Assembly (NCBI GenBank): GCA_964016885.1
Contig: OZ024745.1
Location: forward strand, 1,550,001 to 1,614,000
Direction: 5' to 3'
Source of the DNA: Eledone cirrhosa
Lineage: Eukaryota
Length of the DNA stretch: 64,000 nt
The notes beneath the pieces are model-generated. The model saw nothing but the letters and a program-made list of their open reading frames with translations. It searched no databases and was not told where the DNA came from. Made by a program: the position numbers and the translations under genes. Of this stretch, positions 26,501 to 41,500 are shown piece after piece; the stretch's first letter is position 1; each line of letters opens with the position of its first letter.

Positions 26501-29500
26501 CAATATAGATGACTGTTGACACTATGGCAGCTACCAGTATATATGACTCTTGACACTATGGCAGCTACCAGTATATATAACTGTTGACACTATGGCAGCT
26601 ACCAGTATATATGACTGTTGACACTATGGCAGCTACCAGTATATATGACTCTTGACACTATGGCAGCTACCAGTATATATGACTCTTGACACCATGGCAG
26701 CTACCAGTATATATGACTGTTGACACTATGGTAGCTACCAGTATATATGACTCTTGACACTATGGCAGCTACCAGTATAGATTACTCTTGACACTATGGC
26801 AGCTACCAGTATATATGACTGTTGACACTATGGCAGCTACCAGTATGTATGACTCTTGACAGTATGGCAGCTACCAGTATATATGACTGTTGACACTATG
26901 GTAGCTACCAGTATAGATTACTCTTGACACTATGGCAGCTACCAGTATATATGACTGTTGACACTATGGTAGCTACCAGTATAGATTACTCTTGACACTA
27001 TGGCCGCTACCAGTATATATGACTGTTGACATTATGGCAGCTACCAGTATATATGACTGTTGACACTATGGCAGCTACCAGTATATATGACTGTTGACAC
27101 TATGGCAGCTACCAGTATATATGACTGTTGACACTATGGCAGCTACCAGTATATATGACTGTTGACACTATGGCAGCTACCAGTATATATGACTGTTGAC
27201 ACTATGGCAGCTACCAGTATAGATGACTGTTGACAGTATGGCAGCTACCAGTATATATGACTGTTGACACTATGGCAGCTACCAGTATAGATGACTGTTG
27301 ACAATATGGCAGCTACCAGTATATATGACTGTTGACACTATGGCAGCTACCAGTATATATGACTGTTGACACTATGGCAGCTACCAGTATATATGACTGT
27401 TGACATTATGGCAGCTACCAGTATATATGACTCTTGACACTATGGCAGCTATCAGTATATATGACTGTTGACACTATGGCAGCTACCAGTATATATGACT
27501 ATTGACACTATGGCAGCTACCAGTATATATGACTGTTGACACTATGGCAGCTACCAGTATATATGACTGTTGACACTATGGCAGCTACCAGTATGTATGT
27601 CTGTTGACACTATGGCAGCTACCAGTATATATGACTGTTGACACTATGGCAGCTACCAGTATATATGACTGTTGACACTATATCAGCTACCAGTATATAT
27701 GACTATTGACACTATGGCAGCTACCAGTATAGATGACTGTTGACACTATGGCAGCTACCAGTATATATGACTGATGACAATATGGCAGCTACCAGTATAT
27801 ATGACTGTTGACTGTATGGCAGCTACCAGTATTGATGACTGTTGACACTATGGCAGCTACCAGTATATATGACTCTTGACACTATGGCAGCTACCAGTAT
27901 ATATGACTGTTGACACTATGGCAGATACCAATATAGATGACTGTTGACACTATGGCAGCTACCAGTATATATGACTCTTGACACTATGGCAGCTACCAGT
28001 ATATATAACTGTTGACACTATGGCAGCTACCAGTATATATGACTGTTGACACTATGGCAGCTACCAGTATATATGACTCTTGACACTATGGCAGCTACCA
28101 GTATATATGACTCTTGACACCATGGCAGCTACCAGTATATATGACTGTTGACACTATGGTAGCTACCAGTATATATGACTCTTGACACTATGGCAGCTAC
28201 CAGTATAGATTACTCTTGACACTATGGCAGCTACCAGTATATATGACTGTTGACACTATGGCAGCTACCAGTATGTATGACTCTTGACAGTATGGCAGCT
28301 ACCAGTATATATGACTGTTGACACTATGGTAGCTACCAGTATAGATTACTCTTGACACTATGGCAGCTACCAGTATATATGACTGTTGACACTATGGTAG
28401 CTACCAGTATAGATTACTCTTGACACTATGGCCGCTACCAGTATATATGACTGTTGACATTATGGCAGCTACCAGTATATATGACTGTTGACACTATGGC
28501 AGCTACCAGTATATATGACTGTTGACACTATGGCAGCTACCAGTATATATGACTGTTGACACTATGGCAGCTACCAGTATATATGACTGTTGACACTATG
28601 GCAGCTACCAGTATATATGACTGTTGACACTATGGCAGCTACCAGTATAGATGACTGTTGACAGTATGGCAGCTACCAGTATATATGACTGTTGACACTA
28701 TGGCAGCTACCAGTATAGATGACTGTTGACAATATGGCAGCTACCAGTATATATGACTGTTGACACTATGGCAGCTACCAGTATATATGACTGTTGACAC
28801 TCTGGCAGCTACCAGTATATATGACTGTTGACACTATGGCAGCTACCAGTATATATGACTGTTGACACTATGGCAGCTACCAGTATATATGACTGTTGAC
28901 ACTCTGGCAGCTACCAGTATATATGACTGTTGACACTATGGCAGCTACCAGTATATATGACTGTTGACACTATGGCAGCTACCAGTATAGATGACTGTTG
29001 ACACTATGGCAGCTACCAGTATATATGACTCTTGACAGTATGGCAGCTACCAGTATATATGACTGTTGACACTATGGCAGCTACCAGTATATATGACTGT
29101 TGACACTATGGTAGCTACCAGTATAGATTACTCTTGACACTATGGCAGCTACCAGTATATATGACTGTTGACACTATGGTAGCTACCAGTATAGATTACT
29201 CTTGACACTATGGCCGCTACCAGTATAGTTGACTGTTGAAACTATGGCAGCTACCAGTATATATGACTGTTGACACTATGGCAGCTACCAGTATATATGA
29301 CTGTTGACACTATGGCAGCTACCAGTATATATGACTGTTGACACTATGGCAGCTACCAGTATATATGACTGTTGACACTATGGCAGCTACCAGTATAGAT
29401 GACTGTTGACAGTATGGCAGCTACCAGTATATATGACTGTTGACACTATGGCAGCTACCAGTATAGATGACTGTTGACAATATGGCAGCTACCAGTATAT

Positions 29501-32500
29501 ATGACTGTTGACACTATGGCAGCTACCAGTATATATGACTGTTGACACTCTGGCAGCTACCAGTATATATGACTGTTGACACTATGGCAGCTACCAGTAT
29601 ATATGACTGTTGACACTATGGCAGCTACCAGTATATATGACTGTTGACACTCTGGCAGCTACCAGTATATATGACTGTTGACACTATGTCAGCTACCAGT
29701 ATATATGACTGTTGACACTATGGTAGCTACCAGTATATATGACTCTTGACACTATGGCAGCTACCAGTATAGATTACTCTTGACACTATGGCAGCTACCA
29801 GTATATATGACTGTTGACACTATGGCAGCTACCAGTATGTATGACTCTTGACAGTATGGCAGCTACCAGTATATATGACTGTTGACACTATGGTAGCTAC
29901 CAGTATAGATTACTCTTGACACTATGGCAGCTACCAGTATATATGACTGTTGACACTATGGTAGCTACCAGTATAGATTACTCTTGACACTATGGCCGCT
30001 ACCAGTATATATGACTGTTGAGATTATGGCAGCTACCAGTATATATGACTGTTGACACTATGGCAGCTACCAGTATATATGACTGTTGACACTATGGCAG
30101 CTACCAGTATATATGACTGTTGACACTATGGCAGCTACCAGTATATATGACTGTTGACACTATGGCAGCTACCAGTATATATGACTGTTGACACTATGGC
30201 AGCTACCAGTATAGATGACTGTTGACAGTATGGCAGCTACCAGTATATATGACTGTTGACACTATGGCAGCTACCAGTATAGATGACTGTTGACAATATG
30301 GCAGCTACCAGTATATATGACTGTTGACACTATGGCAGCTACCAGTATATATGACTGTTGACACTCTGGCAGCTACCAGTATATATGACTGTTGACACTA
30401 TGGCAGCTACCAGTATATATGACTGTTGACACTATGGCAGCTACCAGTATATATGACTGTTGACACTCTGGCAGCTACCAGTATATATGACTGTTGACAC
30501 TATGGCAGCTACCAGTATATATGACTGTTGACACTATGGCAGCTACCAGTATAGATGACTGTTGACACTATGGCAGCTACCAGTATATATGACTCTTGAC
30601 AGTATGGCAGCTACCAGTATATATGACTGTTGACACTATGGCAGCTACCAGTATATATGACTGTTGACACTATGGTAGCTACCAGTATAGATTACTCTTG
30701 ACACTATGGCAGCTACCAGTATATATGACTGTTGACACTATGGTAGCTACCAGTATAGATTACTCTTGACACTATGGCCGCTACCAGTATAGTTGACTGT
30801 TGAAACTATGGCAGCTACCAGTATATATGACTGTTGACACTATGGCAGCTACCAGTATATATGACTGTTGACACTATGGCAGCTACCAGTATATATGACT
30901 GTTGACACTATGGCAGCTACCAGTATATATGACTGTTGACACTATGGCAGCTACCAGTATAGATGACTGTTGACAGTATGGCAGCTACCAGTATATATGA
31001 CTGTTGACACTATGGCAGCTACCAGTATAGATGACTGTTGACAATATGGCAGCTACCAGTATATATGACTGTTGACACTATGGCAGCTACCAGTATAGAT
31101 GACTGTTGACAATATGGCAGCTACCAGTATATATGACTGTTGACACTATGGCAGCTACCAGTATATATGACTGTTGACACTATGGCAGCTACCAGTATAT
31201 ATGACTGTTGACACTATGGCAGCTACCAGTATATATGACTGTTGACACTCTGGCAGCTACCAGTATATATGACTGTTGACACTATGGCAGCTACCAGTAT
31301 ATATGACTGTTGACACTCTGGCAGCTACCAGTATATATGACTGTTGACACTATGGCAGCTACCAGTATATATGACTGTTGACACTATGGCAGCTACCAGT
31401 ATATATGACTGTTGACACTCTGGCAGCTACCAGTATATATGACTGTTGACACTATGGCAGCTACCAGTATATATGACTGTTGACACTATGGCAGCTACCA
31501 GTATAGATGACTGTTGACACTATGGCAGCTACCAGTATATATGACTCTTGACAGTATGGCAGCTACCAGTATATATGACTGTTGACACTATGGCAGCTAC
31601 CAGTATATATGTCTGTTGACACTATGGCAGCTACCAGTATAGATGACTGTTGACACTATGGCAGCTACCAGTATAGATGACTGTTGACACTATGGCAGCT
31701 ACCAGTATATATGACTGTTGACACTATGGCAGCTACCAGTATATATGACTGTTGACACTATGGCAGCTACCAGTATAGATGACTCTTGACACTATGGCAG
31801 CTACCAGTATAGATGACTCTTGACACTATGGCAGCTACCTGTATATATGACTGTTGACACTATGGCAGCTACCAGTATGTATGACTGTTGACACTATAGC
31901 AGCTACCAGTATATATGACTGTTGACACTATGGCAGCTACCAGTATATATGTCTGTTGACACTATGGCAGCTACCAGTATATATGAGTCTTGACACTATG
32001 GCAGCTACCAGTATATATGACTGTTGACACTATGGCAGCTACCAGTATAGATGACTGTTGACATTATGGCAGCTACCAGTATATATGACTGTTGACACTA
32101 TGGCAGCTACCAGTATATATGACTGTTGACACTATGGCAGCTACCAGTATGTATGTCTGTTGACACTATGGCAGCTACCAGTATATATGACTGTTGACAC
32201 TATGGCAGCTACCAGTATATATGACTGTTGACACTATATCAGCTACCAGTATATATGACTATTGACACTATGGCAGCTACCAGTATAGATGACTGTTGAC
32301 ACTATGGCAGCTACCAGTATATATGACTCTTGACACTATGGCAGCTACCAGTATATATGACTGTTGACACTATGGCAGCTACCAGTATATATGACTGTTG
32401 ACATTATGGCAGCTACCAGTATATATGACTCTTGACACTATGGCAGCTATCAGTATATATGACTGTTGACACTATGGCAGCTACCAGTATATATGACTAT

Positions 32501-35500
32501 TGACACTATGGCAGCTACCAGTATATATGACTGTTGACACTATGGCAGCTACCAGTATATATGACTGTTGACACTATGGCAGCTACCAGTATGTATGTCT
32601 GTTGACACTATGGCAGCTACCAGTATATATGACTGTTGACACTATGGCAGCTACCAGTATATATGACTGTTGACACTATATCAGCTACCAGTATATATGA
32701 CTATTGACACTATGGCAGCTACCAGTATAGATGACTGTTGACACTATGGCAGCTACCAGTATAGATGACTGTTGACAGTATGGCAGCTACCAGTATAGAT
32801 GACTGTTGACACTATGGCAGCTACCAGTATAGATGACTGTTGACACTATGGCAGCTACCAGTATATATGACTCTTGACACTATGGCAGCTACCAGTATAT
32901 ATGACTGTTGACACTATGGCAGCTACCAGTATATATGACTGTTGACAGTATGGCAGCTACCAGTATATATGACTGATGACAATATGGCAGCTACCAGTAT
33001 ATATGACTGTTGACTGTATGGCAGCTACCAGTATTGATGACTGTTGACACTATGGCAGCTACCAGTATATATGACTCTTGACACTATGGCAGCTACCAGT
33101 ATATATGACTGTTGACACTATGGCAGATACCAATATAGATGACTGTTGACACTATGGCAGCTACCAGTATATATGACTCTTGACACTATGGCAGCTACCA
33201 GTATATATAACTGTTGACACTATGGCAGCTACCAGTATATATGACTGTTGACACTATGGCAGCTACCAGTATATATGATCTCTTGACACTATGGCAGCTA
33301 CCAGTATATATGACTCTTGACACCATGGCAGCTACCAGTATATATGACTGTTGACACTATGGTAGCTACCAGTATATATGACTCTTGACACTATGGCAGC
33401 TACCAGTATAGATTACTCTTGACACTATGGCAGCTACCAGTATATATGACTGTTGACACTATGGCAGCTACCAGTATGTATGACTCTTGACAGTATGGCA
33501 GCTACCAGTATATATGACTGTTGACAATATGGTAGCTACCAGTATAGATTACTCTTGACACTATGGCAGCTACCAGTATATATGACTGTTGACACTATGG
33601 TAGCTACCAGTATAGATTACTCTTGACACTATGGCCGCTACCAGTATATATGACTGTTGACATTATGGCAGCTACCAGTATATATGACTGTTGACACTAT
33701 GGCAGCTACCAGTATATATGACTGTTGACACTATGGCAGCTACCAGTATATATGACTGTTGACACTATGGCAGCTACCAGTATATATGACTGTTGACACT
33801 ATGGCAGCTACCAGTATATATGACTGTTGACACTATGGCAGCTACCAGTATAGATGACTGTTGACAGTATGGCAGCTACCAGTATATATGACTGTTGACA
33901 CTATGGCAGCTACCAGTATAGATGACTGTTGACAATATGGCAGCTACCAGTATATATGACTGTTGACACTATGGCAGCTACCAGTATATATGACTGTTGA
34001 CACTCTGGCAGCTACCAGTATATATGACTGTTGACACTATGGCAGCTACCAGTATATATGACTGTTGACACTATGGCAGCTACCAGTATATATGACTGTT
34101 GACACTCTGGCAGCTACCAGTATATATGACTGTTGACACTATGGCAGCTACCAGTATATATGACTGTTGACACTATGGCAGCTACCAGTATAGATGACTG
34201 TTGACACTATGGCAGCTACCAGTATATATGACTCTTGACAGTATGGCAGCTACCAGTATATATGACTGTTGACACTATGGCAGCTACCAGTATATATGAC
34301 TGTTGACACTATGGTAGCTACCAGTATAGATTACTCTTGACACTATGGCAGCTACCAGTATATATGACTGTTGACACTATGGTAGCTACCAGTATAGATT
34401 ACTCTTGACACTATGGCCGCTACCAGTATAGTTGACTGTTGAAACTATGGCAGCTACCAGTATATATGACTGTTGACACTATGGCAGCTACCAGTATATA
34501 TGACTGTTGACACTATGGCAGCTACCAGTATATATGACTGTTGACACTATGGCAGCTACCAGTATATATGACTGTTGACACTATGGCAGCTACCAGTATA
34601 GATGACTGTTGACAGTATGGCAGCTACCAGTATATATGACTGTTGACACTATGGCAGCTACCAGTATAGATGACTGTTGACAATATGGCAGCTACCAGTA
34701 TATATGACTGTTGACACTATGGCAGCTACCAGTATATATGACTGTTGACACTCTGGCAGCTACCAGTATATATGACTGTTGACACTATGGCAGCTACCAG
34801 TATATATGACTGTTGACACTATGGCAGCTACCAGTATATATGACTGTTGACACTCTGGCAGCTACCAGTATATATGACTGTTGACACTATGGCAGCTACC
34901 AGTATATATGACTGTTGACACTATGGTAGCTACCAGTATATATGACTCTTGACACTATGGCAGCTACCAGTATAGATTACTCTTGACACTATGGCAGCTA
35001 CCAGTATATATGACTGTTGACACTATGGCAGCTACCAGTATGTATGACTCTTGACAGTATGGCAGCTACCAGTATATATGACTGTTGACACTATGGTAGC
35101 TACCAGTATAGATTACTCTTGACACTATGGCAGCTACCAGTATATATGACTGTTGACACTATGGTAGCTACCAGTATAGATTACTCTTGACACTATGGCC
35201 GCTACCAGTATATATGACTGTTGACATTATGGCAGCTACCAGTATATATGACTGTTGACACTATGGCAGCTACCAGTATATATGACTGTTGACACTATGG
35301 CAGCTACCAGTATATATGACTGTTGACACTATGGCAGCTACCAGTATATATGAATGTTGACACTATGGCAGCTACCAGTATATATGACTGTTGACACTAT
35401 GGCAGCTACCAGTATAGATGACTGTTGACAGTATGGCAGCTACCAGTATATATGACTGTTGACACTATGGCAGCTACCAGTATAGATGACTGTTGACAAT

Positions 35501-38500
35501 ATGGCAGCTACCAGTATATATGACTGTTGACACTATGGCAGCTACCAGTATATATGACTGTTGACACTCTGGCAGCTACCAGTATATATGACTGTTGACA
35601 CTATGGCAGCTACCAGTATATATGACTGTTGACACTATGGCAGCTACCAGTATATATGACTGTTGACACTCTGGCAGCTACCAGTATATATGACTGTTGA
35701 CACTATGGCAGCTACCAGTATATATGACTGTTGACACTATGGCAGCTACCAGTATAGATGACTGTTGACACTATGGCAGCTACCAGTATATATGACTCTT
35801 GACAGTATGGCAGCTACCAGTATATATGACTGTTGACACTATGGCAGCTACCAGTATATATGACTGTTGACACTATGGTAGCTACCAGTATAGATTACTC
35901 TTGACACTATGGCAGCTACCAGTATATATGACTGTTGACACTATGGTAGCTACCAGTATAGATTACTCTTGACACTATGGCCGCTACCAGTATAGTTGAC
36001 TGTTGAAACTATGGCAGCTACCAGTATATATGACTGTTGACACTATGGCAGCTACCAGTATATATGACTGTTGACACTATGGCAGCTACCAGTATATATG
36101 ACTGTTGACACTATGGCAGCTACCAGTATATATGACTGTTGACACTATGGCAGCTACCAGTATAGATGACTGTTGACAGTATGGCAGCTACCAGTATATA
36201 TGACTGTTGACACTATGGCAGCTACCAGTATAGATGACTGTTGACAATATGGCAGCTACCAGTATATATGACTGTTGACACTATGGCAGCTACCAGTATA
36301 GATGACTGTTGACAATATGGCAGCTACCAGTATATATGACTGTTGACACTATGGCAGCTACCAGTATATATGACTGTTGACACTATGGCAGCTACCAGTA
36401 TATATGACTGTTGACACTATGGCAGCTACCAGTATATATGACTGTTGACACTCTGGCAGCTACCAGTATATATGACTGTTGACACTATGGCAGCTACCAG
36501 TATATATGACTGTTGACACTCTGGCAGCTACCAGTATATATGACTGTTGACACTATGGCAGCTACCAGTATATATGACTGTTGACACTATGGCAGCTACC
36601 AGTATATATGACTGTTGACACTCTGGCCGCTACCAGTATATATGACTGTTGACACTATGGCAGCTACCAGTATATATGACTGTTGACACTATGGCAGCTA
36701 CCAGTATAGATGACTGTTGACACTATGGCAGCTACCAGTATATATGACTCTTGACAGTATGGCAGCTACCAGTATATATGACTGTTGACACTATGGCAGC
36801 TACCAGTATATATGTCTGTTGACACTATGGCAGCTACCAGTATAGATGACTGTTGACACTATGGCAGCTACCAGTATAGATGACTGTTGACACTATGGCA
36901 GCTACCAGTATATATGACTGTTGACACTATGGCAGCTACCAGTATATATGACTGTTGACACTATGGCAGCTACCAGTATAGATGACTCTTGACACTATGG
37001 CAGCTACCAGTATAGATGACTCTTGACACTATGGCAGCTACCTGTATATATGACTGTTGACACTATGGCAGCTACCAGTATGTATGACTGTTGACACTAT
37101 AGCAGCTACCAGTATATATGACTGTTGACACTATGGCAGCTACCAGTATATATGTCTGTTGACACTATGGCAGCTACCAGTATATATGACTGTTGACACT
37201 ATGGCAGCTACCAGTATATATGACTGTTGACATTATGGCAGCTACCAGTATATATGACTATTGACACTATGGCAGCTACCAGTATATATGACTGTTGACA
37301 CTATGGCAGCTACCAGTATATATGACTGTTGACACTATGGCAGCTACCAGTATGTATGACTCTTGACATTATGGCAGCTACCAGTATATATGACTATTGA
37401 CACTATGGCAGCTACCAGTATATATGACTGTTGACACTATGGCAGCCACCAGTATGTATGACTCTTGACATTATGGCAGCTACCAGTATGTATGACTCCT
37501 GACACTATGGCAGCTACCAGTATATATGACTGTTGACACTATGGCAGCTACCAGTATATATAACTGTTGACATTATGGCAGCTACCAGTATATATGACTC
37601 TTGACACTATGGCAGCTACCAGTATGTATGACTCTTGACATTATGGCAGCTACCAGTATATATAACTGTTGACACTATGGCAGCTACCAGTATATATGAC
37701 TGTTGACACTATGGCAGCTACCAGTATGTATGACTCTTGACATTATGGCAGCTACCAGTATAGATGACTGTTGACACTATGGCAGCTACCAGTATAGATG
37801 ACTGTTGACACTATGGCAGCTACCAGTATATATGACTGTTGACACTATGGCAGCAACCAGTATAGATGACTCTTGACACTATGGCAGCTACCAGTATAGA
37901 TGACTCTTGACACTATGGCAGCTACCAGTATATATGACTATTGACACTATGGCAGCTACCAGTATATATGACTGTTGACACTATGGCAGCTACCAGTATA
38001 TATGACTGTTGACACTATAGCAGCTACCAGTATATATGACTGTTGACACTATGGCAGCTACCAGTATATATGACTGTTGACATTATGGCAGCTACCAGTA
38101 TATATGACTGTTGACACTATGGCAGCTACCAGTATATATGACTGTTGACATTATGGCAGCTACCAGTATATATGACTGTTGACATTATGGCAGCTACCAG
38201 TATATATGACTGTTGACACTATGGCAGCTACCAGTATATATGACTGTTGACATTATGGCAGCTACCAGTATATATGACTGTTGACACTATAGCAGCTACC
38301 AGTATAGATGAGTGTTGACACTATGGCAGCTACCAGTATATATGACTGTTGACATTATGGCAGCTACCAGTATATATGACTGTTGACACTATGGCAGCTA
38401 CCAGTATATATGACTGTTGACATTATGGCAGCTACCAGTATATATGTCTCTTGACACTATGGCAGCTACCAGTATATATGACTATTGACACTATGGCAGC

Positions 38501-41500
38501 TACCAGTATAGATGACTGTTGACACTATGGCAGCTACCAGTGTATATGACTCTTGACACTATGGCAGCTACCAGTATGTATGACTGTTGACACTATGGCA
38601 GCTACCAGTATATATGACTGTTGACATTATGGCAGCGACCAGTATATATGACTGTTGACACTATGGCAGCTACCAGTATATATGACTGTTGACACTATGG
38701 CAGCTACCAGTATGTATGACTGTTGACACTATGGCAGCTACCAGTATATATGACTCTTGACACTATGGCAGCTACCAGTATATATGACTGTTGACATTAT
38801 GGCAGCTACCAGTATATATGACTGTTAACACTATGGCAGCTACCAGTATATATGACTGTTGACACTATGGCAGCTACCAGTATGTATGACTGTTGACACT
38901 ATGGCAGCTACCAGTATATATGACTGTTGACACTATGGCAGCTACCAGTATATATGACTGTTGACATTATGGCAGCTACCAGTATATATGACTGTTGACA
39001 CTATGGCAGTTACCAGTATATATGTCTGTTGACACTATGGCAGCTACCAGTATATATGACTGTTGACATTATGGCAGCTACCAGTATATATGACTCTTGA
39101 CACTATGGCAGCTACCAGTATATATGACTGTTGACCCTATGGCAGCTACCAGTATATATGACTATTGACACTATGGCAGCTACCAGTATATATGACTGTT
39201 GTCACTATGGCAGCTACCGGTATATATGACTGTTGACACTATGGCAGCTACCAGTATATATGCCTGTTGACACTATGGCAGCTACCAGTATAGTTGACTG
39301 TTGACACTATGGCAGCTACCAGTATATATGACTATTGACACTATGGCAGCTACCAGTATATATGACTGTTGTCACTATGGCAGCTACCGGTATATATGAC
39401 TGTTGACACTATGGCAGCTACCAGTATATATGCCTGTTGACACTATGGCAGCTACCAGTATATATGACTATTGACACTATGGCAGCTACCAGTATAGTTG
39501 ACTGTTGAAACTATGGCAGCTACCAGTATATATGACTGTTGACACTATGGGAGCTACCAGTATAGATGACTGTTGACACTATGGCAGCTACCAGTATAGA
39601 TGACTGTTGACACTATGTCAGCTACCAGTATATATGACTGTTGACACTATGGCAGCTACCAGTATATATGACTGTTGACATTATGGCAGCTACCAGTATA
39701 TATGACTCTTGACACTATGGCAGCTACCAGTATATATGACTGTTGACACTATGGCAGCTACCAGTATATATGACTGTTGACACTATGGCAGCTACCAGTA
39801 TACATGACTGTTGACACTCTGGCAGCTACCAGTATATATGACTGTTGACACTATGGCAGCTACCAGTATATATGACTGTTGACACTATGGCAGCTACCAG
39901 TATATATGACTGTTGACACTATGGCAGCTACCAGTATACATGACTGTTGACACTCTGGCAGCTACCAGTATATATGACTGTTGACACTCTGGCAGCTACC
40001 AGTATATATGACTGTTGACACTATGGCAGCTACCAGTATATATGACTGTTGACACTATGGCAGCTACCAGTATACATGACTGTTGACAGTATGGCAGATA
40101 CCAGTATATATGACTGTTGACACTATGGCAGCTACCAGTATATATGACTGTTGACATTATGGCAGCTACCAGTATATATGACTCTTGACACTATGGCAGC
40201 TACCAGTATATATGACTGTTGACACTATGGCAGCTACCAGTATATATGACTGTTGACACTATGGCAGCTACCAGTATACATGACTGTTGACATTATGGCA
40301 GCTACCAGTATATATGAATGTTGACACTATGGCAGCTACCAGTATATATGAGTCTTGACACTATGGCAGCTACCAGTATAGATGACTGTTGACATTATGG
40401 CAGCTACCAGTATATATGACTGTTGACACTATGGCAGCTACCAGTATATATGACTGTTGACACTATGGCAGCTACCAGTATATATGACTGACACTATGGC
40501 AGCTACCAGTATATATGACAGTTGACATTATGGCAGCTACCAGTATATATGACTGTTGACACTATGGCAGCTACCAGTATATATGACTGACACTATGGCA
40601 GCTACCAGTATATATGACAGTTGACATTATGGCAGCTACCAGTATATATGACTATTGACACTATGGCAGCTACCAGTATATATGACAGTTGACATTATGG
40701 CAGCTACCAGTATATATGACTGTTGACACTATGGCAGCTACCAGTATATATGACAGTTGACATTATGGCAGCTACCAGTATATATGACTGTTGACACTAT
40801 GGCAGCTACCAGTATATATGACTGACACTATGGCAGCTACCAGTATATATGACAGTTGACATTATGGCAGCTACCAGTATATATGACTATTGACACTATG
40901 GCAGCTACCAGTATATATGACAGTTGACATTATGGCAGCTACCAGTATATATGACTGTTGACACTATGGCAGCTACCAGTATATATGACAGTTGACATTA
41001 TGGCAGCTACCAGTATATATGACTATTGACACTATGGCAGCTACCAGTATATATGACTGTTGACACTATGGCAGCTACCAGTATATATGACTGTTGACAC
41101 TATGGCAGCTACCAGTATATATGAGTCTTGACACTATGGCAGCTACCAGTATATATGACTGTTGACACTATGGCAGCTACCAGTATAGATGACTGTTGAC
41201 ATTATGGCAGCTACCAGTATATATGACTGTTGACACTATGGCAGCTACCAGTATATATGAGTCTTGACACTATGGCAGCTACCAGTATAGATGACTGTTG
41301 ACATTATGGCAGCTACCAGTATATATGACTGTTGACACTATGGCAGCTACCAGTATATATGACTGTTGACACTATGGCAGCTACCAGTATATATGACTAT
41401 TGACACTATGGCAGCTACCAGTATATATGACTGACACTATGGCAGCTACCAGTATATATGACAGTTGACATTATGGCAGCTACCAGTATATATGACTGTT

